From: Hemiscyllium ocellatum
Lineage: Eukaryota
Assembly (NCBI RefSeq): GCF_020745735.1
Contig: NC_083409.1
Location: forward strand, 6,499,534-6,563,533
Direction of reading: 5' to 3'
DNA: 64,000 nucleotides
Of this stretch, positions 48,145-62,489 are shown piece after piece. The notes under the pieces are model-generated. The model saw nothing but the letters and a program-made list of their open reading frames with translations, was not told where the DNA came from and did not search any database. Within the stretch, counting starts at the first letter, position 1. Every line of letters begins with the position of its first letter. The translations under genes were made by a program, and so were the position numbers.

Positions 48145-48452
48145 GATTAGATTACTTACAGTGTGGAAACAGGCCCTTCGGCCCAACAAGTCCACACCAA
48201 CCCACCGAAGCGAAACCCACCCAGGCCCAAACCCCTACATTTGCACCTTCGCTTAACACTATGCGCAATTTAGCATGGCCAACAACACCTAGCCAGCACA
48301 TTTTTGGACTGTGGGAGGAAACTCGAGGATCCAGAGGAAACCCACGCAGACACGGGAAGAATGTGCAAACTCCACACAGTCGCCTGAGGTGGGAATCGAA
48401 CCCAGGTCTCTGGCGCTGAGAGGCAGCAGTGGTAACCACTGTGCCACCGTGC
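48145..48452 (-). mobile_element. HE1-like V-SINE
   Basis: Reverse-complement match to 33562-33878. Confidence 0.88.
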
Positions 48453-49629
48453 TGCTCATCCAACTCAGACAATGCTCTTGTTTTCTCCCCATCCTCTTTG
48501 ATCCCTTTAGTCCTAAGAACTATATCAAGTTCCTTTTTGAAAACGGTCAATGGTTTAGGTCCAACCACTTTCAGTGACAGAAAATGTAACAGGCTTTGCA
48601 TTCTCTGGATGAGCAAATGTCTCCCAATCTCAGCCCTGAATGACCTTTTCTATTTCCTTCGACTGTAATCCCTGGTTCTAGACTTGCCCGTCATCAGGAA
48701 CATCCTTCCTATGCTTATCCTGCCTTGTCATGTTAGGTGTTTATAGGTTTCAATGAACTCTCATCAATCTTCTACATTCCAATGAATATAATCCTAATCG
48801 ATCTAGTTTCTCCTCAGATCTAAGTGCTGTTTTCCCAGGAATCAGTCTGGTAAAACTTCGCTGCCCTCCCTCCACAAACAAAACATCCTTCCTCAGATAA
48901 GGAGACCAAAAATGCACACAACAGAATAATAAAATCACCCAACACAGAAGAGGCCCTTCAGCCCATGAAACCTGTACCAGCTAAACTACACTAAACCTAT
49001 TGTAGCCTCACTTTCCAATACAAGACCCACAGCCCAGAAAACTATGACATTTCAAATGTTCATCCAAGTACTTTCTGAAGGCTGTGAGGTTACCCATCTC
49101 AACAAGCCTGCCCAGGCAGTGTGTTCCAGAGCCCCACCACCCTCTGAGTGAAACTTTGCTTCATAAATCCCCTCTGAAGCTCCTGCCCTTTCACGTTGAT
49201 TGTGTCTATTCCCCTCGTAATCTTTTACCTCTCTATCATGTCTCCCCTCAACCTTCTCTGCTCCAAAGCAGGAGCTTATCCAGCCTCTCCTCATCGCTGA
49301 AATGCTCCATCTGAGGCAACTTCCTGGTCAATCTCCTGTGCACTCCCTCCAGTACATTCACATCCTTCTTATGGTGTGGTGACCACAACTGCACACAGCA
49401 CTCCATCTGTGGCCAAAGCAAAGGTCTGTATAGCTCCAACATATCCACAATGTTCTATGCCTGAAATGATAAAAGCAAGTGCCCTGTACACCCACATAAC
49501 TGTTCTATTGACAGGTTACACCTTCCAAAGATCATCACCTCACATTTATCAAGGCAAAATTCCATCCGCCTCTGATCTTCCCATCTGACCAATCCGATTA
49601 TATCTTACTGCCATCTAAAACCTTCTTCT

Positions 49630-49885
49630 TGCAAACTGGCAGGAGCTGGAGGCCAAAGTCTCGGCTCGCCTAGGCCGCTGAGCAGTACTGCTCCGAGTGC
49701 TATCTTACAGGAGCCGAGTTCTGATCATAAACAAGCTGGTGGCTGCCATGCTGTGGTACTGGCTGGTCACTTTGGTCCTTCCTCCTGGCTTTGTCGCTGA
49801 CATCCAGAGAACGTTGGTCGACTTCTTCTGGGACAAAAGATGCACTGGGTCGCTGCGCAGGTTCTGAGTCTCCCTACTGAGGAGG
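49630..49885 (+). mobile_element. Tx1-like ORF2 fragment
   Basis: NWQELEAKV-ARL…RVLIINKLVAAMLWY…DFFWDK. Confidence 0.7.
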
Positions 49886-50319
49886 TGCTCTGGGCATTCA
49901 CGCACCTTTATGCTCGCTAAAACATGCAATACTTCGTTCTTACTAATCTTAACATGCTCTAGAACCTCATTACCAGAAGTAAAATCTCCAGCTACAATGT
50001 CTTTCTCTGTTGTGTCCATTGGCTCCACATAATGTCCATTGGTCTCGAATAGATTCCATTATTTCCCTGGTCATCCTCTTACCCTTAACAGACACATAAA
50101 ATTCTTTGGGGTTCTGCTTGATCCTGTCTCACAAAGATATTTCATGGTCCCTCTTTACCCTCCTAATTTCCTTTTTAAGCACCCCACCCAGTACACTCTA
50201 CTTCTGAAGGGTCTCAACTGCTTTTAATTCTCTTCATGTGACATACGCTTCGTTCTTTTTCTTTATCCAACCTCACTATCCCTTCACCTCCAGGGGCCCC
50301 TGGGCTTGCTGTCGTTGCC

Positions 50320-52700
50320 CTTCACTCTTAGGGGAACGCCCTGTTCCTGAATTCTCACGATACCACTTTTAAAAGACGCCCACTTTCCAAATGTAGACTG
50401 ACCTGCAAGTAGCTGCTCCCAGTCCATGTTTGCCAGATTCTTTTTAATGGCATTGAAATCGGCCTTCCCCCAATTAAGACACTTGACTTGGCACTGTCTT
50501 TATCCATTTCTATAATTACTTTGAAATTTACAGAGTTGTGGTCACTGTGCTCACCAACTGACATATCAACCACTTGACCAGCATCATTCCCTCGCATAAG
50601 GTCTAGCTCTGCCCCATCTCTACTGGGACTATCTACGGACTGGTACAAAAAGATTCCTGAATGGACTTTAAAAATTCTGTGCTGTCTCACCTTTTCACAC
50701 AAAGGCGATCCCAGTTAATGTTCACAAAGTTGAAATTCTCTCTTAATATAATCTTATTCCTCTCACACCTCTCTGTGATTTTCCTGCATATCTACTCCTC
50801 TCTTTCCGTCTGACTATTGGGGTCCTGTAGTACAATCCTAGCAAAGTGATGGCACCTGTATTATTTATTAGATCAACCCAGATGGCCTTAGTTGCAGACC
50901 CTTCTAAGACATCCTCCCTCATTCCTGCAGTGATGGTTTCCTTTCTGAATAATGCAATGGCCCCGCCTCCCTGTTGCATGCCCTCCATCCTGCCTGAAAC
51001 TTCTCTACCCTGTAATGTTATGCTGCCTGTCCTGTACTTCTTACAACTGTCTCAGTGTTTGCAACAATATCATATTCCCACGTGCTGATCAATGTCATAA
51101 GTTCATCTGCCTTACCAGTCAAGCTCCTTGCATTAAAATAGATACAATTTAACTTTCTGATCCTCACATGTTCCGTATCCTGCTTATGTCTCCCTGGATG
51201 TTACCTCATACTTTTTTGTCTATGTAGCCCTTAACCTCCATGAGGGGAAACATCCTCTTACCCTTTATCCTGTCAAGCCCCTTAAGAATCCAATATGTTT
51301 CAATGAGATTGTCGTTCATGTTCCGAAACTCCAGCAATTAGATTTCGAACCTTTGACCTTTGCCCCCTCCACACTGAGGATTATCCCAGTGAAATAGTAT
51401 ATTTTCGCAAATAAGGCAGCCACAACTGTTCACAGTACTCCAGCTGTAGTCTCACCAGCATCTTGTACATTGGCAGTGAGAAAACCCTACACTTAGACTC
51501 CAACCCCCTTGAAATAAGGGCCAACATCCCAATAGCTTTCCTGATTCCCTGCTGCTCCCATGCGCTAACTTTCTGTGTTTCTGGCACTTTCATGTTGCAG
51601 CTTTCTCATTTTTTTCTCCATTTAACAATATTCTGTTGTTTTGTTCTCCCTACGAAAAGGTACAACTTCACATTTTCCCACATGAAACTTCATTTGCCAA
51701 TCTTTCCTCACTGACCTCACCAATAAATATCTCTTTATTAACTGTTGTATCACTCTTGTAACTTGCCTTTCCCCCTATGTTTGTGCATCTGTAATTGTGG
51801 CTACAGTACATTCACTTGTATCTTCCACGTCATTGATAAATATTGTAAACAGTTGTGGCCCCAGCACTGATCCCTGTGGAATGTCACTGGTTACAGGTCA
51901 CCAACCTGAAAAGGAATCCACTTATTCTCATTCCGTGTTTCCTGCCTATTTGCCAATTCTCTATCCATGCCGATATACTCCCTTGAACTCCATGAGCTCT
52001 TATGATTTAATTTTCTATGAGGTACGTGTTGAACACCTTCAGGAAGTACAATCAAAAACATCGACTGGATCCCCTCTACTCACTCTGGTGGGTCTTTCAT
52101 GATAAACTCAAACAAATTAGTCAGTCTTAATATTTTGTTTATTATTACTGTTCATTAATGATTGATTTTAAAATTTTTCAAACAACAAATGTTTGTGAAA
52201 TTAGCCACTGGTTCCTCCCATTTTAGTCAATTAACGATAAGAATACATTCCTATCTACTCTACCTCTGCCCCTCACAATCTTATACCTCTCTACCAGGTT
52301 CCCTCTCAATCTTCACTGCTCCAAGGAAAACAAACCCAGCCCGTCCAATCTTTCGTCATAGCTCAGACCCTCCAGGCCAGGCAACATCCTGGGAAATCTG
52401 CTCTGCACCCTCTGAAGTGCAATCACACACTTCCCATAATGTGGGGACTAGAATTACACACGATACTCCAGTTGTGGCCTAACCAATGTTTTATGGACTT
52501 CCAGCATACCCTTCCCTGCTCTTGTATTCTGATAAAGGCAAGCATCTCATTTGTCTTCTGAGCCACCGTATCTCCCTGTCCTGTTACCTTCACAGATTTG
52601 TAGATATGCTCACTGAGTTCCCCAGATCTTCAGTACAATTTTGAGTCCTCAGTCTCTACCAAACCTTTACTGTCTTACCTTCTCCAAATCAGTCCATCCC
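50320..52700 (-). mobile_element. Decayed CR1 LINE pieces
   Basis: APE motifs (LGLYYRTP, SDHNSVNF) and RT tail (YKMLVRLQLEYC). Confidence 0.75.
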
Positions 52701-53059
52701 TTGACATCCAGGGTGCTCCAGCTTTGTTGGTCCCACCCTTCATGTTTGCAGTGACATGTTGACCCTGCACTGTCACTATTTCCTTTCGGAAAGACTCGCA
52801 CTGTTTGTTGTAGATTTTCCTACAAGGATCTGCTCCCATTCCACTTCAGCTAGCTCCTGCTTCATCATTGGCTCTGGCACCACATGGAGGCCAGACCAGA
52901 TAAGGATGGCAGATTTCCTTCCCTAAAGGACATTAGTGAACCTGATGGGTTTTTATGACGTTTGTCAATGATTTCATGGTCATCACTGGATTTATCGCGT
53001 CTTACAGCTGAAAAAGATCCTTAGGTCCATTATCAAGCAGTTGCTTCCACTCATCCCAC

Positions 53060-53280
53060 TGTATGTGTGTGAGAGTGTGAGAGAATCTAGGAGAGTTTGC
53101 GTGTATGTATGCGTGCATGTGTGTGTGTATGTGTGTATGAAACTGTGTGAGAGTGTGTGACTGTGTGTGCGTGCATGAATGGGTTTGTGCAGGTGTGTTT
53201 GCGTGGTGTTTTGTTTGTGTGTGTGTGTGCGTGTGCGTGTGTGCGTGAGAGAGAGAGAGAGCAAGAGAGAGAGAGACCCC
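53060..53280. repeat. (GT)n/(GA)n compound microsatellite
   Basis: Degenerate gtgtgt and gagaga runs. Confidence 0.85.
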
Positions 53281-53349
53281 CACCTTCTCCATTTTGTTTG
53301 CTCCATTACTTTTGTCACCATTCATCGCCTGCTCCACAAGTCATGATAA

Positions 53350-54539
53350 TGACAAATGGCTCCACCACCAACCCATTCCCCATTGGGACTGGGACAAGCA
53401 GGGCTGTGTCATCGCCCAACACTGTTCTCGACCTTCCTCTCTGCAACACTTCACCTCACCGCTGACAAGCTCCTAGCTGGGGTGGAGCTAACTTACAGAA
53501 CCTGTGGGAAATTATTCAACATCTGCTGCCTTCAAGCCAAAACCAAAGTCAGCCCACCCAGTGTGATCGAGCTGTAATATGCAGATGATGCTTGTGTGTG
53601 TGCAATCTCAGAGAATGTATTCCAGACCATTGTCAGCATCTTTACTGAGTCACATGAGAGCATGGGTCTCACCCTGAACATCCACAAGATGAAGGTCCTA
53701 AACCAATATGCCCGATCATCAAGGTTCATGAGGAGACCTCAGCGAATCTTGACCACTTCCAAAACCTTGGAAGTCTTCAGTCAGACAAAGCAGCTGTTGA
53801 TGAAGAGATCTAGCATCACCTCCAATGTGTTAGAGCAGCCTTCAGCCACCTGAACAAAAGGTTGTTCGAGGACAACAGCATCAGATACAACACCAAGCTC
53901 ATGGTTTCGAGCTGTGGTGGTTCACACCCTCCAATAGGTCTCTGAGACATGGACTGACAGAGCAAACATCTCAAGGCATTGGAGTCGTATCACCAATGCT
54001 ACCTGCACAAGATCCTGTGAGTCAGCAGGGAAGACAGATGCACTAACGCCAGTTAGTCCTCAAACAGGCCAACATCCCCAGCATTGAGGCACTGACCAAT
54101 CTTGCTTGGCCACAATGGGCTGGACACGTCGACTGCATGACCGACACAAGCCTCCCCAAGCAAATGGTCTCCTCCCAGCTTTGAAATGGCAGGCAAGCCC
54201 CAGGTGGACAGAGGAAGTGGTTCAGGGATTCCCTCAAGGCCTCATTGGCAAAGTGCGGCATTCCCACAGATAACTGGGAATCACTGGCCCAAAACTGTCT
54301 AAAGTGGAGGAGGAGCATCGAGCACCGTGAGACTCGCCACCGGGAAAAACAATGGAAGCCAGCTGAAAACAGCGAAAGGAACACACTTCCTCACCAATGC
54401 CCCATCTACCCATTCCCATGATCACAACCTGCACTACATACAGCAGAAACCGCTGTAGCCACATCAGTCTGTCCAGCCACATATGGACTCACCCTGAGAG
54501 TGGAAGAGAGTCATCCTTGTCTGGGAGGGACCACTGCCA
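53350..54539 (+). mobile_element. RTE/BovB-like LINE 3' half
   Basis: GVELTYRT-GKLFNI…QAKTKV…YADDAC, MGLTLNIHKMKVL, and QLRW-GHV-like remnants. Confidence 0.75.
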
Positions 54540-54704
54540 NNNNNNNNNNNNNNNNNNNNNNNNNNNNNNNNNNNNNNNNNNNNNNNNNNNNNNNNNNNNN
54601 NNNNNNNNNNNNNNNNNNNNNNNNNNNNNNNNNNNNNNNNNNNNNNNNNNNNNNNNNNNNNNNNNNNNNNNNNNNNNNNNNNNNNNNNNNNNNNNNNNNN
54701 NNNN
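54540..54704. other. Assembly gap (165 N)
   Basis: Run of N. Confidence 1.
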
Positions 54705-56312
54705 TCCCAGGATTCAGACTTGAGAATATTACTTCAAGTATGAGAACTTGAGTTTAGAACACATTCTACAGATCTCTGGAACAGGAAGAGGCCTTTCAGG
54801 ACCCTCACTAGGTAAGAGTTGTTTTAAACGAGAATTATGACACATCTCCGAGAATCACATTAATATTTGTATTATTGAAGTTTTCAAGAATTCTGTGTTG
54901 ATCGACACAATGCTCTGGTTTGGGCTTTGGCGTCTGTACAAACCATCTGTAATGTCTTTGCTGCAATGGTACACATTTACATCATCAAACTTAAGAATCC
55001 AAGCAGACAGAGCCTTGTCAGGGAGAGAAGACGGGAGGGCGTATAGGCGCTGGGCACGGTAAACCAACTCATGGTGTCCAAAAGGCCGAGTGGGCAGTTT
55101 CTGCTGAGAAACTGAAGCTTCTGCAGCTTCTCCTGGCTTCCAGCTCCATGATTAAATCAGGAGAGGAACACCATTTCTCATCAACACACACTGACACCAT
55201 AATCAGAACCAAAGGAACAGGAATAGGAGGTCATTCTGTCTCTCTCTCTCTCACCTCTCTCTCTCTCTCTCTCTCTCGCCCCCCACACCCCGCCCCCTTC
55301 CTCTTCCCCCCAACCCCTCCACCCCGGCCCTTCCTCAGTCTTGGTGCTGACTTTTACCTCTAAAGGGGTTCTCTGGGATTCAATGCTTAATGGAAGAGGC
55401 TGGGTCTCATGCTTTTTGATGCTGTAGGGTTCATGAGTGTGGTGGGGGGGGATATCAGGCACTGTTCTTTGACATCAGGCAGTGATGCCTGTCCCAGTGT
55501 GTCAGACTGTGATGCTGTTATTTGCTGTCACCGACACTATGATATTGATTGCAATGTCACTCAGTGTGACAGGAGGTTAGATGCCTTGGTCAATGGTTTG
55601 TGAGGAGCAGACTGAACAAGGAGCTGCAATCATCATTCACTGTTGAAACCCTTCACATAGCCCTCACTGTCCGGAAACTTCGTCACCAAAGATTCTTTCA
55701 GCTCCTTTTCATGATGGCCCTGGAGCTGAAAAGGGAGAAAGAGAAAGATATCTTTTCGAGAAGCTCCTGCACACAATGTACATTGTACATTCCCCACAAA
55801 TGACACTCCATCCGTCCACATTGAACTCACTGTTGAAGCTGCAGGCCAGCTCCTGTTCCTATCTGAATATTTCAATCAAGGAGACAGAGAAGGCTGCAGC
55901 ACAGGAGGAGGGTGTTTAGCTCTTGTGTCAGTGCTAGCTGGTTACTAACATCACTCACAATGAACATCTCTGTTGAATGTCTGTGGTTGGCTAGTGATTG
56001 AATCTGTTTTTAAGAGATAGAATAACATGAACTGATACACGAAAGTCAGCATGGATTTTCTCAGGGTCAAACACCTTGAACTGACCTAGTTACCTTTTAT
56101 CAAAGAGGTCACTAAAGAGTGAGAAAAGGGAATGTCGATGGGTGCTGTTCACATGAACTTCCAGAAGGCATTAAGAAAATTTGCACAGAAAGTTTATAAT
56201 GTTACAATGAGAACGAAAAGATGGCAGAATAATTAAATATATATTCAGGGTTTTTGTACACGAAGGAAAACTCGAAAACATTCCCAAATTGTTGTGTCAC
56301 CAGGGTCTAGAT

Positions 56313-56643
56313 CAGGTGTGCGGAATCTGCGTCTTTAAGGTCGCATGTGGCCTTCTAGGCCATTGTGTGTGGCCTTTTGAATGAATCAAAATTTTGCAGA
56401 ACAAATCTTTTATTAATATGTTTTTTTCATTCTTCATTATTTTTTATTTTAATCTTAAAATTAATGTATTTAAAATAAAAGAGGGTAAAAGAAAGTTCAA
56501 CAATATAATCCCCACAGACTGACCGCCACAATTTAAAAAATGTGAATTTTCAAGAAGATATAATTGAAGTTTCTTGGTGCAGCCTTATTAGATTACAACT
56601 AACATAATGCAGCGTTCCAACATGAAAAGTTTCCTCACCTCTG
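56313..56643. mobile_element. hAT (Charlie-like) non-autonomous DNA transposon
   Basis: Imperfect TIRs caggtgtgcggaa / ttcctcacctctg. The 8-bp flanks gtctagat / gtctggac resemble the NTCTAGAN target duplication. Confidence 0.7.
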
Positions 56644-56659
56644 GTCTGGACCGAGAGAG

Positions 56660-59600
56660 GGATAGTTTTTAAAGGTAAATGAATTTGGGAAAATTGATGG
56701 GGTTAATGTTTGATAATCGACATACTAGGCATTCAGGAAATGGCTAAAACATTCTGGAAACGTTGGTGACCATCTTCCAAGATTCTATTGATTCTGGAAC
56801 AATTCCTTCAGATTGGAGAGTTGCTGATGTAACCTCACTCTTAAAATGGGAGGGAGAGACAATACAGGGAATTTTAGACCAGTCAGCCTGATGTTGGTAT
56901 TGACGAAAATACTTGTGTTTGTTATAAAAGATGTAATAGCTGAGCACATGGAAAACAGTGACAGGATTGTACAGAGTCAGCATGGATTGAGGGAAGGGAA
57001 ATCATACTTACCAAATCAATTGAAATTGTTTGAGGATGTAAGGAATGGATTTAATAAGGTGAAGCTAGTAGATTTTTTTTAGTTATTCATTCATGGGAAG
57101 AGGGTGTCACTGGATAGGCAGCACTTATTGCCGAGAGGGCAGTCAACCATATTGTTGTGGGTCTGGAGTCACACGTTGTCCAGATCAGGTAAGGATGGCA
57201 GTTTCCTTCCCTAAACGACATTAGTGAACCAGATAGGTTTTTCAAACAATCAACAGTGGATGCATGATCATTATTAGATTCTTAATTCTGGATTAATGTG
57301 CTTCATTTCCACTTTCAAGAGGCTTCTGATAAATCCCACAAAACAGGATAGCATATAAAATTAAGGCTCATGAGATTGCGGGCAGTGTATTGATATGGAT
57401 AGAGAACTGATTGCAGACAGGAAACAAAGTCATGGAGTCATTGAGTCCTACAGCACGGAGACAGGCCCTTCGACCTAAACTAGCCCACACCGACCAAAAT
57501 GTCGGATCACACTAACCCAATTTCCCTGCACTTGGTCCATCTCCTTCTTAACCTTTTCTACCCATGTATTTGGCCAAATGCCTTTTAAATATTGTTAATG
57601 TACCTGCCTCAATCACTTCTGCTGGCAGCTCATTCCATACGTGTACCACCCTCTGTGTAACAAAATGCCCCTCAAGTTCCCTTTTATATTTTCCCCTCTA
57701 ACCTTTAACTGATACCCTCTCCTCCTTTATTTACAAACCCTGGGAAAAAGACTGAGTGCATTCACCCTATCCATGCCTCTCATGATCTGAGACACTGCTA
57801 TAAGGTTTCCCCCTCAGTATCCCATGCTCTAAAGAAAAAGGTCCTAGCTTGTCCAACCTCTCCCTATAACTCAGACCCTTGAGTTCTGGCAACATTCTTG
57901 TAAAATTTAAATGCACTCTTTCCAGTTTAATAATATCCTTCCCATAACAAGGTGACCAAAACTGAACACAATTCTCCAAGTGTGGCCTCACCAATTTCCC
58001 AACTTCTATAGTCAATGTCCTGACTGATGAAGGTCAGTGTACCAAAAGTCTTCATCACTGTCCTGTCTAACAGTGACTCCACTTCCAGAGAACCATGCAC
58101 CTCCAAGGTCCTTCTGCATCACTACACCCCTTCAGGCCCTACCGTTTTCCATGAACCCCCTACCTAGATTTGACTTTCCAAAATGCAAGACCTCACACTT
58201 ATCTACATTCAACTCCATTAGCCATTTCTCGGTCCACTTTCACAGCTGATCAAAGTCCTGCTGCAATTTCTAATAACCTTCCTCACTGTCCACGATACCG
58301 CCTATTTTATTGTGATTTGGAAATTTATGAATCAAGCCTTGTACATTCTCATCCAAATCATTGATATAGATGTAATGTAGGAATAAACGGGCCTTATTCC
58401 GAAAGGGCTAGATGTGCTCAGATCTGGATCACATGTCTGGATACCAATGATTCACGTGATATATTAATATTTAGATGATGGAATTACGATTAATATCTCC
58501 AGGTTAGCAGATGACACAAAGCTGGTGGAGAGGAGGAGCTGTGAGGCGGATGTAGAGATCCTTCTGTGGAATCTGATTGAGTTGAGTAAGTCACAGATGA
58601 TGTACAATGTGGATAAATGTGAAGTCACTCAATTTAGTATAAAAAACAGGAATGCAGATTATTATCTGAATCGGGATATACTGAGAATGGGAAGGTGCAA
58701 TATACACCAATGCTAAAAGTAAGCATTGCAGGAACAGCAAGTAGTGAAGAAGGCCAATGGTATTGAGGGCCTTCATAGCGATAGGATTCAAGTACAGGAG
58801 CAGGGATGTCTTGCTGCAATTTTACAGGGCGATAGTGAGATCACACCTGGAGTATTCCATCAAGATTTGGCTCAATGACAGGAAACAGAGGGTAGAGGCA
58901 GAAAGTTGTTTGCGTGACTGGATCCAGTTTACAGTGGGATACCACATGGATCACTGCTGGGTCCCTTATTATTTGTGATACTTAGAAAGAATGTGGATGA
59001 GAATGTGATGGGGTGAGGGGTGGGGTCAGTGAATGAAACCAAGTTTGTATATGACATGAAGATTGGTGGATGGTTGACAGTGAGGAAGAAGGTGTTAGGT
59101 TACAGAAGGATATAAGTGGGTTGGTCGGATAGGCAGAGCAAAGGCAAATTGAGTTTAACCCTGCTAAATGTGAGGGGAAGCACTGTGGAAGACACAGCAG
59201 GTTATCAGGGCGGGAATGAAGCCATATGGGACACATACCTTTCTCATTTCAGGTATGGGTGATAAAAACAGGGAGGTTATGTTGGAACTGTTCAGAACTT
59301 AGCTGAGGCGAGAGCTGAAGTATTGTGTGCAGTTCTGGTCACCACACTATAGGAAGGTTGTGATTACACTGGGCAGGGTGCAGATGAGATTAACCAGGAA
59401 GTTGCTTGGGATGGAGCATTTCAATGATGAAGAGTGGCTGGATAAGCTCGGGTTATTGTCTTTGTAGCAGAGAAGGTTGCGGTGGTCCCTGATAGAGATG
59501 TATAATGTTATGAGAACATTGCACAGGAGGCAGAGAGTAAATAACATGGTGGCACACATTCATTGTGAAAAGCAGGAGCTTCAGAGCGTATTTGAGGAGA

Positions 59601-59800
59601 AGATGGTGAGGGTCTGCAAGCATTGACTGGGAGGGTAGTTGCAGGAGGAAACTTCTTAATCTTTAAAATGTCCTTGTCTGAACACTGAAATGTCATAACA
59701 TTCAAGGCTATGGGCCTAATGTTAGAAAGTGAGACTCGTTTAAGTTTAGTGTTGTTTGGCTGGTACAGGATCAATGAGCCGAATGGCCTCTTCTGTACAG
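56660..59800. mobile_element. Mosaic of CR1 fragments in both orientations
   Basis: GNFRPVSLM, LVRPHLENCVQFWSP and LADDTKL motifs in short ORFs. Confidence 0.7.
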
Positions 59801-60259
59801 TGTGATTTTATGACTCTATTCTGTGCAATTTTGGTCTTCTTATCAGAGGAAGGATGTTCTGGCTGTGAAGGGAGTGCAGGGAAGGGTTTGAGGACAAGGA
59901 TGACAATTTGAAAAATGAAGTATTGCTAGACTGGGAGCCAATGTAGGTCAGTGACCATGGCGGGGGTGGGGGTGGGGAGTTTGGACAGCAGAATTTGGGA
60001 TGAGCTGACATTTACAGAATGTGGTGGCTCTGATATGGTCCAGGACAGCATTGGAATGGTCATGTTTGGAGTCCCAACAACATGGCTGAGATTGTCAGTG
60101 GCTGATCTTTGTGATGTGGGGGACATGGGGTTCAGATCAGCCTCAAAGACGATGCCAAGGTTGGAAAGAGTCTGGTTGAGCAGCAGACAGTGCTCAGGGA
60201 GAGGGATGGAGTTAGTACTGGGAGCTGAAGAGGATGGCTTTGATCTTCCCAGTGTGTTT

Positions 60260-60512
60260 CCCATTGAGCCTGGCTCCTCAGTCCTGACTGCTCTTAGCTG
60301 CTGTGATTGTCACTGATTGGAAACTTATTATTAGAGATTCTGACCACAGCAGAAAGCCCCAGTGTAAAAAATAACTGCAAAGACTGTCAGATCGCAAGGT
60401 TGAAACTTCACCTAGAGAGGAAGTGAAAGAAGGAGCTTGGAGCAGCTGGATGTTTGTTACTGAGACGGGAGAAAACTGTGAACCATCTGCCCTCCCTGGA
60501 ATCTAACAGCAC
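60260..60512 (-). promoter_or_regulatory. Candidate B-cell enhancer module, copy 3 (inverted)
   Basis: GGAAGTGAAA 60419-60428, CAGCTG 60443-60448, CATCTG 60484-60489, kB-like GGGGCTTTCT 60351-60360, RUNX 60343-60348. Confidence 0.45.
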
Positions 60513-62489
60513 ATGAGGCTGGTTTGGGGGAATTGTTTTTGCAGAAGCTGCATAATGATGGAAACAGAGTCACTCACTTTCTCACAAACACACACGCCTG
60601 CACTCGGAGATCAGAAACAGAATCCAGCAGCAGCTCTGTCTCCAAGCTGTGAAACCTGCACAGAATTGTTCCCTCATTCAGTTTTAAACTGGCAGGATAG
60701 ACCAAGCAGGGGAGGCAACTCAGTGGTGTGTACAGTCGGAAGGGAGTTGCCCTGGGAGTCCTCACCATTAACTATGGAACCCGTGAAGCCTCATGACAGC
60801 AGGTCAAACAAGGGAAAGGAAACCTCCTGCTGATTAGCACAGAGCACCGCCCTCCCCTCCAACCTAAACTGAGCAGTCAGTCCTCCTCCATGTTGAACAA
60901 CACTTGGAGGGAGCACTGCGGGTGAGAATGATGCAGGATATACCCTGAGTAAGGGACTTCAAAGTTTACCATCAAGAGCTGATCAGAAGCATCACTACTG
61001 AGCAAGCTGGTCAAGGTCCATCTGACTCAGCTACTAGACTGGACCTGGGGCAGGTGGTGAGGGAACCAACAAGAGGGAAAAAGATATTCACTATCGCCCT
61101 CACCAATCTGCCTGCTGCTGGTGTATCTGTCCATGACAGTATCAGTAAGAGTGACCACTGTACTGTCCGTGTGGAGACAAAACCTCATCTTCACATTGAC
61201 ATTACCTTACATTTTGTTGGGCAAGAGATATGGGATAGCAGGAAGGACTTAGTTTTGGGAGCAATTAGTTCATGGCTTGGAAATTAGTGTCCATTCGGGA
61301 GAGGCAGGTGAAGACACTCAGTGACTGCAATGGCAGAGTGGATGGGCTCTTGATGGAAGTAAACCTGCAAGGCTCTGGGGCTCGAGTAGAGGAGGGGGTG
61401 GGACTGACTGGATTGCTCCATGAAATGATAGCATTTACCTGACAGGCTGAATGTTCGGCCCCTGTGCTGGAAATAGGTCTCACTCAATGAGGGGTTCACA
61501 ATTAGAGAGTTTGGATGCAGTAAATACAGGACAAATTGTTTCTCCAGTCAGGAGGGTCAGCAACCAGAGGGCACGCTTTTCAGAAAGGGTCTGAAGGACA
61601 AGAGAGAAGGAAGGAGCATTTTCATCCAGCGAGTTCATGACGACTGTCTGCAAGGTGAGTGGAAGTGGATTCAACAGCAACTTTCAAAAGGACATTTGGA
61701 GAAACAGCTGAAAAGGAAACAATTGCAGGGTTATACAGGAAGGTCTGGGTAAATGGGAATCATTGGACTAATTTGACCAACTGTCACAATCAGCCCAATG
61801 ACCTCTGTCTGTGCTGACACACACTTAGTCTCACCTTTACACAAAGAATTGGAGAAACAGACATCCCAGTTTACAGAAGAGTGTTTTCTCAAGGAAAACA
61901 CATTTGAACCAACTCAGGGAACTGACCAGACGAGATATACTGAAATAAGTCAGCAATGCTTTGGCAAGGAATAGCGAACCAAAAGTAATGACACTGAACA
62001 GTATATTCAATAGCACTATCATCAAGAGGGGAAGCGATGAAGGGCAGGAGGTCAGTGAGTATGCTCTCGGGGTCTGAAGGCTCTGCTGTCAATGGTGGGA
62101 TGGAGGAAGCAACAATTGACAGGAGACCAGAGACAGAAGATGGAAGGGGGAGGGAGGGAATGTGAGTCTGCAGCAGGACAAAGAGTGAGGGAGGAGGGAG
62201 GCCGTGGAGGCAATTGGCGGGCAGTGAGGTCAGATGTCATTCTGGAATTAAATATGAGTAAGACAGGGAAGGGACTACTCCATATCAGACAAGTTAGGGT
62301 TTCTGGATTCAGGGAGCTGGGAGAGGACATTGGAATCATAGAGTAGAAAATGGGATGAGTAGGAATTAGGGTTTCTATGGTCAAGGGGCTGATGTCGTCC
62401 AGAGTCGGACAATGTCGTTGAGATTGAAATAAGAAGCCTACGTGATAGGGAGGATGTGGAGTTTGCAGCTTAGGTAATGGGCAGTCCAT

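Noticed and set aside
54855-55130. Minus-strand ORF with a DDVNVYHC motif resembling the Ig V DxxxYxC motif
   Set aside because: No first Cys or Trp at the right spacing, the segment is too short, and there is no RSS or leader.
55505-55725. Strong splice acceptor followed 214 nt later by CACAGTC + 12 + ACAGGCATC
   Set aside because: Too short for a V exon, stops in all frames, and a poor nonamer.
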